Source of the DNA: Desulfomicrobium sp.
GTDB lineage: Bacteria; Desulfobacterota; Desulfovibrionia; Desulfovibrionales; Desulfomicrobiaceae
NCBI GenBank assembly: GCA_040768745.1
Contig: JAXGMI010000003.1
Location: 96,001 to 160,000 of the forward strand
Direction: 5' to 3'
DNA length: 64,000 nt
In this document: positions 28,034-38,717 of the stretch, in pieces
Position numbering within the stretch: position 1 is the first letter of the stretch
How the letters are laid out: every line of letters starts with the position of its first letter
The notes under the pieces: model-generated
What the model was told of the DNA's origin: nothing
Database searches by the model: none
What the model saw: only the letters and a program-made list of their open reading frames with translations
Position numbers and translations under genes: made by a program

Positions 28034-30352
28034 CTAAAGCATGTCGACGGGATCGAGGTCCACTGACATGCGGACATGTTTTTCTCCGGCCAGCGAAGCG
28101 CGCATCTCAGCGCAGACGCCCCGTATGGCCGGCCAGTTGTCGGCCTTGAGCAGGCACTGAAACCGCTTGCGCCCGCGCAGGATGGTCAACGGGGCCGGTG
28201 CGGGCCCCAGGACACGCAGCCCGGCCGCAGCCCCCAGGGCGCGGATGCGGTCCCCGAAAGCCGCAAGCAATTCGACCTCGGACTGCTCCACAGGCAGGCT
28301 GATGCGCACCAGGGCCAGCTTGACAAAAGGCGGATAGGCCATGGACCGCCGCAACTCGATTTCCCTGGCGAAAAAGCCGGTGTAGTCATTGTCACGGATA
28401 AACTGCCAGCAGTAGTGGCCGGGATTCCTGGTCTGGATCAGGACCCGTCCTGGCTTGTCCCCACGCCCGGCTCTGCCCGCAACCTGCACCAGCATCTGGA
28501 AAGATCGTTCCGTAGCTCTGTAGTCCGGAAGATTCAAGCCCAGGTCCCCATCCACGACCACGACCAGGGTAACGCCGGGAAAGTGATGTCCCTTGCTCAG
28601 CATCTGAGTACCGACCAGAACCTGCCCATCCTGACGGGCAAATGCCGCAAGGGTGTCCTGAAGTGTTCCCGCCCGCTGCACCGTGTCCCGGTCCAGACGT
28701 AAAACCCGTGTTTTCTCCGGCAGATCCTGACGCAGAAATTCTTCCAGGCGTTCCGTCCCAGCCCCCAGGGGAATGAATTGAGTTCCCCTGCACTGCGGGC
28801 ACGACAGCGGGAAAGCTACTACATGCCCACAATAATGGCAGAGCAGAATTTCGCGCCGCTTATGCAATGTCAGGGAAACCCGACAGTCGGGGCACCCGAT
28901 GGGCTCAGCACAGGTTTCGCAATAGAGCACAGGTGCGTATCCCCGGCGATTGTGCAGAATGATGACCTGATCCCCGGCATGGATCGTGTCCAGAATCGCG
29001 TCGCGGACCAACGTGGCAAAAGGGCCATGTTCCGGGGGATTCAGGCGCAGGTCGACAAACGAGACCTCCGGCAACCTTCCGCCTCCGACGCGCGTTTCCA
29101 GACATTCCAAGGCAATGTCCCGGTTTGTTGCGGCATGAAACACTTTGATATCCGGCGTGGCCGACCCCATGACCAGCAGGCCGTTTGTACGGGCGACGCG
29201 GCCATAGGCCAGTTCCCGGGCCTGATAGATCAACCCCTCGTCCTGCTTGAATGAGGCATCGTGCTCCTCGTCCAGGATGACGAGCCCAGGCTTCAGGGGC
29301 AGAAAGAGGCTGGATCTCGTGCCGACCACGATACAAGGATGGTCCTGTTCGGCGGCCAGATCCATGAAGATCCTCTGCCGTTCGGCAGGGTTGAGATAGC
29401 CGTGGTAGAGCCGGACATCGGCCCAGGGCAGGGCACGGCGGACATCCGCATGCAGTTTCAGGGCGATGGCGACTTCCGGGGCCAGAAGCAGAACATGAAG
29501 GTCAAGGCTCAGGCATCGCGCCGCCAGTTCCAGGTACACGGCTGTCTTGCCGCTTCCGGTCACACCGAAAAGCAGAGCCGCTTCGGGTTGCCCGGAGGTG
29601 AGCAACGCGGTGAACCTGTCCACCGCCCGCCGTTGATCGTCATTCAAGGACGTCACGGCCACGTCTGAATCGTTCACCTCTTCCCGGAACCGGAATTCCA
29701 CCTCGCGCACCAGACCTTTGCGCAGAAGTGCGGCCAGCGGCTGGGCAAGACCCTTCCCGAAACGGATATGCAGCGCCTTGGAGGAGGAAACGCCGTGGAC
29801 ATCGAGATAGCGCAAAATCTCGAGTTGGGCAGTGGCCCCGGGGCGGAGCTGCCACGGGGGTTCTACCGACAGGGAAAAAAGCCGCGCCTTTTTGCTTCCG
29901 GGAAGGACCGCAGCGAACTCTCCGTTTCTCCACCAGGTCCCGAATTCCACGCGGCGGACGGGATCCGACATCTCCCTCATCTCTATACGTCTGCCTGTGC
30001 GGGTGCGGAAATCCGGAAGTTCCCGCATGCCGGCCGGCAATACCCTGGACAGGATGCGGCCCGGCCTTTCCATCTGCCGCACAGAGAGGTCCCGGATAAA
30101 ATCGAGATACTGGGCATCGAAAAGACACGTCCTGTCGATGGGCCAGAACACATCCTTCGGGATCAAACCTTCTGGCAGAGGTACCCCGACTTCAAGAAGA
30201 ACTCCCACGCGCAAATTCCGCCCCAACGGTACAAGGACCCTGGCCCCGACGTGCCAGAACTCCACGGGCAAGGCCGGAGGCAATCTGTAGGTCAGGACGG
30301 AAAATGGCGCTGAAAGCAGAAGGACCGAGCAGAATTCGTCCATGCATCTCAT
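28034..30352 (-). CDS. priA: Primosomal protein N' (replication restart helicase)
   Basis: GVTGSGKT, DEEHD, NRRGYAP, four CxxC, GTQMLSKGHHFP, QVAGRAGR. Confidence 0.96.
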   Translation of the reverse strand: MRCMDEFCSVLLLSAPFSVLTYRLPPALPVEFWHVGARVLVPLGRNLRVGVLLEVGVPLPEGLIPKDVFWPIDRTCLFDAQYLDFIRDLSVRQMERPGRILSRVLPAGMRELPDFRTRTGRRIEMREMSDPVRRVEFGTWWRNGEFAAVLPGSKKARLFSLSVEPPWQLRPGATAQLEILRYLDVHGVSSSKALHIRFGKGLAQPLAALLRKGLVREVEFRFREEVNDSDVAVTSLNDDQRRAVDRFTALLTSGQPEAALLFGVTGSGKTAVYLELAARCLSLDLHVLLLAPEVAIALKLHADVRRALPWADVRLYHGYLNPAERQRIFMDLAAEQDHPCIVVGTRSSLFLPLKPGLVILDEEHDASFKQDEGLIYQARELAYGRVARTNGLLVMGSATPDIKVFHAATNRDIALECLETRVGGGRLPEVSFVDLRLNPPEHGPFATLVRDAILDTIHAGDQVIILHNRRGYAPVLYCETCAEPIGCPDCRVSLTLHKRREILLCHYCGHVVAFPLSCPQCRGTQFIPLGAGTERLEEFLRQDLPEKTRVLRLDRDTVQRAGTLQDTLAAFARQDGQVLVGTQMLSKGHHFPGVTLVVVVDGDLGLNLPDYRATERSFQMLVQVAGRAGRGDKPGRVLIQTRNPGHYCWQFIRDNDYTGFFAREIELRRSMAYPPFVKLALVRISLPVEQSEVELLAAFGDRIRALGAAAGLRVLGPAPAPLTILRGRKRFQCLLKADNWPAIRGVCAEMRASLAGEKHVRMSVDLDPVDML

Positions 30353-30354
30353 AT

Positions 30355-30387
30355 AAAAGCGGGGAACGGACTGGTCCCGTTCCCCGG
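30355..30387 (-). terminator. Intrinsic terminator between galU and priA
   Basis: CGGGGAACGG-loop-CCGTTCCCCG followed by CTTTT on the minus strand. Confidence 0.65.
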
Positions 30388-30401
30388 GAAGACGGGCATC
30401 G

Positions 30402-31274
30402 TCAACGGGCAGGTGGGATCAGTTCGCGCAGCCTGTCGATAAGATCGTATCGGAGGTCTTCGTCCTGAAGGGCGAAATAGATGTTGGCCGTCAGATAATC
30501 GACCCAGTCGCCGACATCAAAACGCTGGCCGCGCAGCTTCACGGCCAGAATCCTGTTCTGCCTGGCCAGAGACTGCAGGGCGTCCGTAAGCTGGATCTCT
30601 CCTGTCTGATCAGGGGCCAGCCCTTCGAGATGGGCGAAAATTTCCGGGGTCAGCACATAACGGCCGACCAGGGCCAGCCGGGATGGGGCTGACTCGACAC
30701 TCGGCTTTTCCTTCACTCCGCGGATCCGATACAGGCCCGGAGCAAACTCCTCGGCATCGATGATTCCGTAATTGCTGACCTTGTCCCTGGGGACATCCAT
30801 GACTCCAACCACAGGCATGCGTTCGTTCTTAAAGACATCCAGCAGCTGATTGATGCCGGGGTCCCTGTTGAACATCAGATCGTCGCCGACCATGACCGCG
30901 AAGGGTTCGTCCTTGACGACCTCCTTGGCGCAGAGCACCGCATGACCCAGTCCGAGCTGCTCTTTCTGGCGCACGACGATGATGTTGGCCATTTCCGCCA
31001 CTTTGCGCACCTCGTCCAGCAGTTCTTTCTGCCCCCTCCGCTCCAGAAGTTGTTCCAGGGCTAGGTTGTAGTCGAAATGATCTTCAATGATACGCTTGTT
31101 CTGGTTGTTGACGAAAACCACATCTGACAGTCCGGATGCGATGGCCTCTTCGACGATATACTGGATGGATGGCTTCCGGAATACGGGCAGAATTTCCTTG
31201 GGCACATTCTTGGTCGCAGGGAGGGATCTGGTCCCCCATCCTGCCACCGGGATGACAACTTTACGTACCTGCAT
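30402..31274 (-). CDS. galU: UTP--glucose-1-phosphate uridylyltransferase
   Basis: VIPVAGWGTRSLPATK..PKE, RQKEQLGLGHAV, VKEKP, GEIQLTDAL. Confidence 0.96.
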   Translation of the reverse strand: MQVRKVVIPVAGWGTRSLPATKNVPKEILPVFRKPSIQYIVEEAIASGLSDVVFVNNQNKRIIEDHFDYNLALEQLLERRGQKELLDEVRKVAEMANIIVVRQKEQLGLGHAVLCAKEVVKDEPFAVMVGDDLMFNRDPGINQLLDVFKNERMPVVGVMDVPRDKVSNYGIIDAEEFAPGLYRIRGVKEKPSVESAPSRLALVGRYVLTPEIFAHLEGLAPDQTGEIQLTDALQSLARQNRILAVKLRGQRFDVGDWVDYLTANIYFALQDEDLRYDLIDRLRELIPPAR

Positions 31275-31337
31275 GCATCGCTCCTTATAGTTTCTCACCC
31301 ACTCAGGAAGGGTCACCCCCTCCTCCATGAATTTCCT

Positions 31338-32690
31338 TTAAGCCAGCCCTGCCTCCACGGCCTGGACCAGTTCGGCGCAGAGCGCATCGACCATTGACTG
31401 ATCCTGGGCCTCGACCATGATCCGGGCCAGGGACTCTGTCCCGGAATACCGCAGCAGGACGCGCCCCGTGCGACCGAGCCTGTCTTCCGCGTGTCGGACT
31501 GCATCCTGAATCGAAGGCACCTGACCAAAGGGCACTTTCTTTTTCACGCGTACATTGACCAGCTTCTGCGGATAGGGGGTCAACAGCTTGGCAATCTCGG
31601 AGACAGGACGCTGACGGCCGACCATGATGCTCAAAAGCTGCAAAGCAGCCAGAATGCCGTCACCGGTGGTTGAATGCTCCATGAACACCAGATGTCCGGA
31701 CTGCTCTCCACCTAGAACATATCCTCCCTTGCGCATTTCCTCAACGACATACCTGTCCCCGACCTTGGTCCGCACCAGACGGCCTCCATGTTCAGCCATG
31801 AACACTTCGAGAGCCATGTTGCTCATGACCGTGGACACCAGCGTATTGCCGGTCAGGGTGCCACGATTCATCATTTCCTCCGCGCAGAGGGCCATTATCT
31901 GATCGCCGTCCAGAACATCTCCGTGTTCGTCCACCACGATCAGCCTGTCCGCGTCCCCGTCCAGGGCCAGACCGATGTCCGCTCCGTGCTCGCGGACCTT
32001 GGTGGCCATCAGCTCCGGGTGCAGGGATCCGCAGTCCCTGTTGATGTTGAGTCCATCGGGGTCCACCCCGAGGGTGGTGACAGTGGCACCCAATTCCTCG
32101 AAAATGAGCGGGGCCACGCGGTAGGCGGCGCCATGGGCACAATCCAGTACTATCTTGAGACCATCCAGGGTCATGTTCGCAGGGAAGCTGTGCTTGAGCT
32201 CGACAATGTACCGCCCGGGACTGTCCTGAATTTTTCGGGCCCGGCCGACCTTGTCATGGGCCGGAAAGGCCCAGGCCATCTCTGGATTCGCAACCATTTC
32301 CGCAATTTCCTGCTCGACGCTGTCCGGGAGTTTGAATCCATCCTTGTCGAAAAATTTGATTCCGTTGTCTATGAACGGGTTGTGGGACGCGGAGATGACC
32401 ACCCCCAGATCGGCGCGCATGCTCCTGGTCAGAAAGCTGATGGCCGGCGTGGGCAGAGGACCAACCAGGAAGACATCCATGCCTGCGGCGCAGAGGCCAG
32501 AGGTCAGCGCGTACTCGAACACGTACCCCGAAAGCCGGGTATCCTTGCCAATGACCACCCGATGCCGTCTCGCTCCCTTGCGGAAATACTGTCCCGCAGC
32601 CAACCCCAGCCTGAGGACCAGTTCCGGCTGCATGGGATAGGAGTTCACGCGTCCGCGAATGCCATCCGTGCCGAACAGTTTACCCATCAT
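31338..32690 (-). CDS. glmM: Phosphoglucosamine mutase
   Basis: [38 protein letters not shown]. Confidence 0.97.
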   Translation of the reverse strand: MMGKLFGTDGIRGRVNSYPMQPELVLRLGLAAGQYFRKGARRHRVVIGKDTRLSGYVFEYALTSGLCAAGMDVFLVGPLPTPAISFLTRSMRADLGVVISASHNPFIDNGIKFFDKDGFKLPDSVEQEIAEMVANPEMAWAFPAHDKVGRARKIQDSPGRYIVELKHSFPANMTLDGLKIVLDCAHGAAYRVAPLIFEELGATVTTLGVDPDGLNINRDCGSLHPELMATKVREHGADIGLALDGDADRLIVVDEHGDVLDGDQIMALCAEEMMNRGTLTGNTLVSTVMSNMALEVFMAEHGGRLVRTKVGDRYVVEEMRKGGYVLGGEQSGHLVFMEHSTTGDGILAALQLLSIMVGRQRPVSEIAKLLTPYPQKLVNVRVKKKVPFGQVPSIQDAVRHAEDRLGRTGRVLLRYSGTESLARIMVEAQDQSMVDALCAELVQAVEAGLA

Positions 32691-33616
32691 TCCTCCACGG
32701 GGTTCATCAAGATTTCGTTACGTTTAATCATTATCTCAATTTCCTCAGGCTTTGTCTCCAAAATCCGAACCCCTTCGGGAAAACGAGGCACGGGCCGGAT
32801 CACACTCTGCCCAATGGCCGGATTGGATCCAGGATCCACAAACATATGCAGAGATTCCCGCCAATCCTTGTCTTTGAGAAGACGTACCGGCATCTCCAAC
32901 CTGGCGCGCACGAATTTGGGTTCGAACGTGTAACTGAACCCTTTATACCCAACACTTTCCAGATTCATTTTCACCCATATTTCCTGGGTGATGAACCCGA
33001 ATGCAAGCTCATAGGCCACAGAAGCGACCGACGACCGCACATCCTTGGGCAGCAGCAATCGAGCCCTTCCGGATGCGTTCATCGCTCCATCTGCAAGAAC
33101 CTGAATGCGCACCGTGGAAACCCTGTCCACGGCATCCAAGGCACTGGCAAACCCGGTGATGATGACCTGTTCGGGCTCCACCTTGGAACTGCGAAGCAGC
33201 ATGTCTTCGCCGGGCATCCCCTCCCAATCGAGGTGTACGGGCACGCTTTTGGAGACCATGACGTCGGCCACCAGCTCCAGTCGGGCGGGACTTATTTCCA
33301 CAACCTCCACCGCCGAAGTGATGACCATGCTTTCAGGCACCAGGGGAATGACGTTTGTTCCGGCCTGGATCCTGCCCAGATCGAGCTTGTACGCCATGCG
33401 ACTGGCATTCAGGGAGCGAACCTGGTTGCTCGTCCCCCGGATGCGGACCTGAATCTTGCTGACAAAACCGGAGGTGATTTCCATGTGCTGCGGCAGATTG
33501 ACGAATTCGAGAGGAACCTCCAGCCACGTCTCAACCTTTTCCTGACCAGAGACCACATACCAGCACACCAGGGCCATAAAGAGAGCCAACGCTCGATATT
33601 GCCAATTATTCCACAT
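32687..33616 (-). CDS. cdaR: YbbR/CdaR-like diadenylate cyclase regulator
   Basis: Single N-terminal TM ([14 protein letters not shown]) followed by beta-rich repeats; lies between cdaA and glmM. Confidence 0.8.
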   Translation of the reverse strand: MWNNWQYRALALFMALVCWYVVSGQEKVETWLEVPLEFVNLPQHMEITSGFVSKIQVRIRGTSNQVRSLNASRMAYKLDLGRIQAGTNVIPLVPESMVITSAVEVVEISPARLELVADVMVSKSVPVHLDWEGMPGEDMLLRSSKVEPEQVIITGFASALDAVDRVSTVRIQVLADGAMNASGRARLLLPKDVRSSVASVAYELAFGFITQEIWVKMNLESVGYKGFSYTFEPKFVRARLEMPVRLLKDKDWRESLHMFVDPGSNPAIGQSVIRPVPRFPEGVRILETKPEEIEIMIKRNEILMNPVEE

Positions 33617-34374
33617 TATTTCCTCAATGCAGCGGCAAGGACCTTCTTCAGACGGACCTCATTGAGACTGCTCGTGATCCGCCCCCCCACAGCCAGGGAT
33701 ATGCTGCCACGTTCCTCGGAAACGATCAGGGCCACCGCATCGGTTTCCTCGGTCACACCGATGGCGGCGCGATGTCTGGTGCCCAGCGCGGCCTCGTGTT
33801 TCAGACCCGCGGCCAGTGGCAATATGCACGCCGCGAACTCGATTTTATTTTCGCGCAGGATCACGGCCCCGTCATGCAGGGGAGTATCGGGATGAAAAAT
33901 AGTCAGCAGCAGGTCCTTGCTGAAGGCGGCGTGCAGCTCGATACCTCCGGACACAACATCGCCGAGCGGGATGTTGCGCTCAATGACGACGAGCGCTCCG
34001 GTTTTGTTTTTGGCCATGTGCAGCAGGGCCAGGATGAGGTCGTCCAGAACCGCGCTTTGCACCGTGTCTTTCTTGAAGATCGTGGTTGCGCCCATGACCG
34101 CCAGGGCTTTGCGGATATCCCGCCGGAAGAGGATGATCACGACCAGGAAGATGGAACCCAGAAAATTGCCCAGCAGCCAGTTGAGGGTATAGAGGCCGAA
34201 CTGCCCGGAGGCGAAATACGCGGCCACCACAAGTATGAGCCCGTAAATCACGGAAACGGCGCGGGTTCCCTTGATCAGGAGAATGATGCGGAAAAAAATA
34301 TACCCCACCAGCAGAACATCGAGAATGTCCCGCCAGGTGACTTGCAGATTGCCCACTATGAAACTCAGCACCAA
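33616..34374 (-). CDS. cdaA: Membrane diadenylate cyclase (DacA/CdaA)
   Basis: Three TMs, GALVVIER, PLHDGAVI, GTRHRAAIG, VSEERG. Confidence 0.93.
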   Translation of the reverse strand: MVLSFIVGNLQVTWRDILDVLLVGYIFFRIILLIKGTRAVSVIYGLILVVAAYFASGQFGLYTLNWLLGNFLGSIFLVVIILFRRDIRKALAVMGATTIFKKDTVQSAVLDDLILALLHMAKNKTGALVVIERNIPLGDVVSGGIELHAAFSKDLLLTIFHPDTPLHDGAVILRENKIEFAACILPLAAGLKHEAALGTRHRAAIGVTEETDAVALIVSEERGSISLAVGGRITSSLNEVRLKKVLAAALRK

Positions 34375-35246
34375 CCCTCTCCCGGCCTGGAATTTCCCAA
34401 CACATGGGCAACCGTCAGGGCGTCCCGGATTTCGCGCACCTCATGCACCCGGTGGATGCGCACGTCCATTTGATAGAGCGCCACCGTGGCGGCAATGGTT
34501 GCCGCGTTCCGTTCGCGACCTTCCCGGCCCAGCAGGTCTTTCCACATCGATTTGTTCGACAGGGCCATGTACACTGGCCTCCCAAATCCGAATAGGCGTG
34601 TTATATTTCTCAGTATGTCCAGATTGTGCTGAAGAGTTTTGCCGAAACCGATGCCGGGGTCCAGGACAATATTTCCCTCCGGCACTCCGGCTTGGACCAG
34701 CTGACTGAGCTTGATTTCAAAAAACCTGCAGATTTCGTCCACCACATTGTCATATCGGGGCTCGACCTGCATTGTTTTCGGGCGCCCCTGACTGTGCATG
34801 AGCACATAGCCCGGGCGATACTGCGCCAGGATCCCGGTCAGGCCGGGGTCCGCTCCCAACGCCGAGACATCGTTGACGATCAACGCTCCGGCTTCCAGAC
34901 AAGCCCTGGCAACGGACGCCTTGGTCGTATCTACGGAAATCACGGCGTGGGGTCGCGTTGCCAAAATTCCCTGAACAACAGGAAGCACCCGTTCCAGCTC
35001 CAAGGCTTCGGGAACGGATTCGGAAAACGGGCGGGTACTCTCTCCGCCCACATCGACAACATCCGCACCGTGATCCAGAAGCCGCAAGCTGTTCAGAACT
35101 GCGGTCTCGCAATGGAGCGATTTGCCTCCATCATAGAACGAATCCGGAGTGACATTCACAATGCCCACAACAAAAAAGGGGGCCGGACCCAGTGTCCTCC
35201 CCCTGCACAGACCCCAGGAGACAGAATTCAGGCTCTCCCGGGCCAT
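34365..35246 (-). CDS. folP: Dihydropteroate synthase
   Basis: GIVNVTPDSFYDGG, DVGGESTRP, LDPGIGFGKT, RVHEV. Confidence 0.96.
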   Translation of the reverse strand: MARESLNSVSWGLCRGRTLGPAPFFVVGIVNVTPDSFYDGGKSLHCETAVLNSLRLLDHGADVVDVGGESTRPFSESVPEALELERVLPVVQGILATRPHAVISVDTTKASVARACLEAGALIVNDVSALGADPGLTGILAQYRPGYVLMHSQGRPKTMQVEPRYDNVVDEICRFFEIKLSQLVQAGVPEGNIVLDPGIGFGKTLQHNLDILRNITRLFGFGRPVYMALSNKSMWKDLLGREGRERNAATIAATVALYQMDVRIHRVHEVREIRDALTVAHVLGNSRPGEGWC

Positions 35247-35249
35247 GAC

Positions 35250-37172
35250 TCAACTCCCGGCCTTGTCGCTGCTGTCTTCCTCATCCAGCGCAAAGGACTC
35301 GTCCCGGGCGTTTGCATCCTGCGGCCCGAGGGGCTGCTCAGGTCCGCCGGATTGGGGGACACGTCCTCCATTGGCCTGAGCCAGAGGCTCGCCGTTGATG
35401 AGCTTGGTCACCTCGTCGCCGGTCAACGTCTCGCGATCGATCAGGGCCAGGGACAGGGCATGCAGAAGTTGGATGTTGTCCTGCAGAATGGTCTTGGCCC
35501 GGCTGTAGGCGTCGCCCAGGATGCGCTTGACCTCCAGATCGATGAGCTTGGCGGTTTCATCGCTGTAGTCCTTGATATGGGCCATGTCCCGACCGAGAAA
35601 TACTTCATCGTCTTTCTTGCCCAGGGCCATGGGACCAAACTCTTCGCTCATGCCCCATTCGCAGACCATGCGCTTGGCCATGGCGGTAGCCCGCTCTATG
35701 TCATTGCCGGCGCCCGTGGTGATGGAGTTGAAGACAATCTCCTCTGCGGCCCTGCCTCCGAACAGGACGGCCAGATTGTTCTGCAGATAGGTCTTGGAGT
35801 AGGTGTGGCGGTCATCCACCGGCAGTTGCATGGTCACGCCCAAGGCCCTGCCGCGCGGGATTATGGAAACTTTGTGAATGGGATCCGTACCAGGCAGGAA
35901 CTTGGCCACCAGGGTATGCCCCGCCTCATGGTATGCCGTGGTCTTTTTCTCCTCATCGCTCAGGATCATGGACCGGCGTTCCTTGCCCATCATGACCTTG
36001 TCTTTGGCCTCCTCAAAGTCAAGCATGGTGACCTTATCCTGATTCAGCTTGGCAGCGTGCAGGGCGGCCTCGTTGACCAGGTTTTCGAGATCCGCACCGG
36101 AGAATCCGGGTGTGCCCCGGGCCAGAACGTCCAGGTCGACCTCAGCGGAAAGAGGCGTCTTGCGTGTATGCACTTCCAGTATGCGTCTGCGGCCCCTCAG
36201 ATCGGGATTGGGGACCACCACCTGCCGGTCGAAACGGCCGGGACGCAGCAGGGCCGGATCCAAAACGTCAGGGCGGTTGGTTGCTGCGATGAGGATGACC
36301 CCCTCATTGGATTCAAAGCCATCCATTTCCACCAGCATGGCGTTCAGGGTCTGCTCCCGCTCGTCATGGCCTCCCCCCAGGCCAGCCCCACGCTGGCGGC
36401 CCACAGCATCGATTTCATCGATGAAAATGAGGCACGGGGCATTCTTTTTACCTTGAATGAACAGGTCTCTGACGCGTGCCGCGCCAACACCGACGAACAT
36501 CTCTACAAAGTCCGAACCGGAGATGGAGAAAAAGGGCACCCCTGCTTCTCCTGCCACGGCCCTGGCCAGCAGGGTCTTCCCGGTGCCAGGCCCTCCCACC
36601 AGGAGCACGCCCTTGGGAATGCGGCCTCCCAGCCGGGTGAACTTCTTGGGATTGCTCAGAAAATCGACGATCTCCTGCAGCTCCTCCTTGGCCTCGTCCA
36701 CGCCGGCCACATCGGCAAAAGTGACCTTGGTTTCTTCCTGCGACACCATCTTGGCCCGGGAACGGCCAAAGGACATGGCCTTGCCCCCACCTCCCTGCAT
36801 CTGGCGCATGAAAAAGATCCACACGCCGATGAGCAGCAGCATCGGGAACCAGGAAATGAGCAGCGTCATGTACCAGGGAGCCTCTTCCTGAGGCTCTGCC
36901 TTGACCTGCACATTGTTTTTGACCAGCGTATCGACCAGGGTTGGATCGTCAGGCGCGTAGGTGGAAAATTTCTGTTCGTTCGTCAGGACGCCTGTGATCC
37001 GGGAGCCCTGGATCTTGACGCTGACCACCTCGCTCTGCCGCACCTTGGTCAGAAATTCCGTATAGTTCAGATCGCTTGATGTCACAGGCGGCTGATTGAA
37101 CAGATTGAACAACACGATCATGGCCATGCAGATGGCCGCCCAGAGCACAAGATTCTTGGAAAAGCTATTCAA
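35250..37172 (-). CDS. ftsH: ATP-dependent zinc metalloprotease FtsH
   Basis: [39 protein letters not shown]. Confidence 0.98.
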   Translation of the reverse strand: MNSFSKNLVLWAAICMAMIVLFNLFNQPPVTSSDLNYTEFLTKVRQSEVVSVKIQGSRITGVLTNEQKFSTYAPDDPTLVDTLVKNNVQVKAEPQEEAPWYMTLLISWFPMLLLIGVWIFFMRQMQGGGGKAMSFGRSRAKMVSQEETKVTFADVAGVDEAKEELQEIVDFLSNPKKFTRLGGRIPKGVLLVGGPGTGKTLLARAVAGEAGVPFFSISGSDFVEMFVGVGAARVRDLFIQGKKNAPCLIFIDEIDAVGRQRGAGLGGGHDEREQTLNAMLVEMDGFESNEGVILIAATNRPDVLDPALLRPGRFDRQVVVPNPDLRGRRRILEVHTRKTPLSAEVDLDVLARGTPGFSGADLENLVNEAALHAAKLNQDKVTMLDFEEAKDKVMMGKERRSMILSDEEKKTTAYHEAGHTLVAKFLPGTDPIHKVSIIPRGRALGVTMQLPVDDRHTYSKTYLQNNLAVLFGGRAAEEIVFNSITTGAGNDIERATAMAKRMVCEWGMSEEFGPMALGKKDDEVFLGRDMAHIKDYSDETAKLIDLEVKRILGDAYSRAKTILQDNIQLLHALSLALIDRETLTGDEVTKLINGEPLAQANGGRVPQSGGPEQPLGPQDANARDESFALDEEDSSDKAGS

Positions 37173-37360
37173 AGGGTAAAACCTCCATAGGCGAGACAGG
37201 CATGCTTGCCCGAGGGCAAGACTAGCTGAACGAGGTCCAACTGTTAAGGCCGGTTTTCAGAATGACAAGCAAATTTTCGTCGGAACATGCATTTTTTTGT
37301 GTCAGCCCGGAAAAACTTGATCATTGGCGCGGGCGTTGATAGAGACAAGCCTCCCCGAGG

Positions 37361-37454
37361 GGAGGTGTATTCTAGCCGGTGCTAGGCCCGGTCTTCAAAA
37401 CCGGTGGAAGGTCGAGAGGTCTTCGGTAGGTTCGACTCCTATACACCTCCGCCA
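37361..37454 (+). tRNA. selC: tRNA-Sec(TCA)
   Basis: 8-bp acceptor stem GGAGGTGT/ACACCTCC, anticodon loop CTTCAAA, long variable arm, 5-bp T-stem GTAGG-TTCGACT-CCTAT, GCCA end; 94 nt. Confidence 0.93.
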
Positions 37455-37508
37455 TTCGTCCCGCAGCCCATGGATGCCGCCCTTGTTTTTCTGGCCCCCC
37501 AATCCACG

Positions 37509-38639
37509 TCAGTCCTCCAGGTCCGCCGGCAGGGTGGCCCAGACCGCCTTCTTCCCCGCTTCCAGGCTTCCGTAGTCACGGTCAATTCCCAGCGCTCGGG
37601 CTGGGTTGCGGGTGACCATGGCCAGCAGCCCGGCCAATGAAATGCTGGGGATCAGGGAGCGCGCTGCACGGACCTCGCCCCACAGGTCCATGTCCGCATT
37701 GGAGGCCGGCGAGTCCGTGCCCAGGCAGAGAGGAATCCCGGCGGCATGGAGATTATGGGCCGGAGCCCGGCCTACCCCTATCCATTCATTGCTGCGCGGG
37801 CAGAGACAGACAGATGCCCCGCTGCGAACCAGAATCTCCACATCCGGCTCAGCCACCTGCACGCAATGCACGGCAAGGGTCCCTGCATCCAGGAGTCCCA
37901 ACTCCTGGGCAAAGGCCACGGCGCTCAACTGCGGAACAGAAAAATCCTTGGGCAGGATACGGCGGGCCCGCAGAAAATCTGATAATGGCCCTGACCCGCT
38001 CAGAAAAAGTTCATTTTCCCCCGGCACCTCGGCCAGGTGCAGTGTGAAGGGACGACCACGCGCCACACACCACCGCTTCACCGCCTGGGCGAGAACCGCG
38101 GAGGTGGAGTACAGAGCATGCACCCCGGCGCTGCAGGAGCCGGACCGCACTGCGGGGCAAGCCCCAGCCTTGGGGTAAGCCCCACCCTTGCGGCCCTGAC
38201 CGGCGAATTCCTGAAACAGAAGGCCGGCCATTCCCTGCGCCTCCAACGCCCGGGACGCAATCGATTGATCCCCCGCCACGACGTCGGCCACGAAGCAGGT
38301 TCCGCTGCCCCGCATGGCGCGCAGGGTTGATTCTGCAGCCTGCAACGTGCCCTTCTCCTGCAGCAGGATGGAAAAAAGCCTGTCCGCCCAGCAAGGAAAC
38401 CCCAAACCCCTGGGAATGCGCCCGGCCAGATGTGATAGCCCCAGATGCGTATGGGCGTTGATGACACCCGGGACGAGGGTGCCGGGACCGAGGTCGTGAG
38501 GCTGGCCGTCCCCTGCCACATCCCGCCACGGTCCGATGGCCGCGATGCGTCCTTCGCAAACCAGAATGCCGCCATCCCGGATTTCGGGCTGTTGCGCATC
38601 CATGGTCAGAATGCGTCCGACCCGGAACGCATGCATCAC
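37509..38639 (-). CDS. Metal-dependent amidohydrolase (nucleoside-deaminase-like)
   Basis: PGVINAHTHL, HALYS, HLAE, HCV, CPRSN, GTDS. Confidence 0.85.
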   Translation of the reverse strand: MMHAFRVGRILTMDAQQPEIRDGGILVCEGRIAAIGPWRDVAGDGQPHDLGPGTLVPGVINAHTHLGLSHLAGRIPRGLGFPCWADRLFSILLQEKGTLQAAESTLRAMRGSGTCFVADVVAGDQSIASRALEAQGMAGLLFQEFAGQGRKGGAYPKAGACPAVRSGSCSAGVHALYSTSAVLAQAVKRWCVARGRPFTLHLAEVPGENELFLSGSGPLSDFLRARRILPKDFSVPQLSAVAFAQELGLLDAGTLAVHCVQVAEPDVEILVRSGASVCLCPRSNEWIGVGRAPAHNLHAAGIPLCLGTDSPASNADMDLWGEVRAARSLIPSISLAGLLAMVTRNPARALGIDRDYGSLEAGKKAVWATLPADLED

Positions 38640-38672
38640 GCCAGACCGCTCCCAAGGTCCGGCAACAGGGAC

Positions 38673-38697
38673 AAAAAGAGGCGGCCAGGCCGCCTCT
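38673..38697 (-). terminator. Possible intrinsic terminator after the ABC binding protein gene
   Basis: AGAGGCGGCC-N-GGCCGCCTCT followed by T-run on the minus strand. Confidence 0.55.
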
Positions 38698-38717
38698 GGG
38701 ACATGGGACCAGACAGT

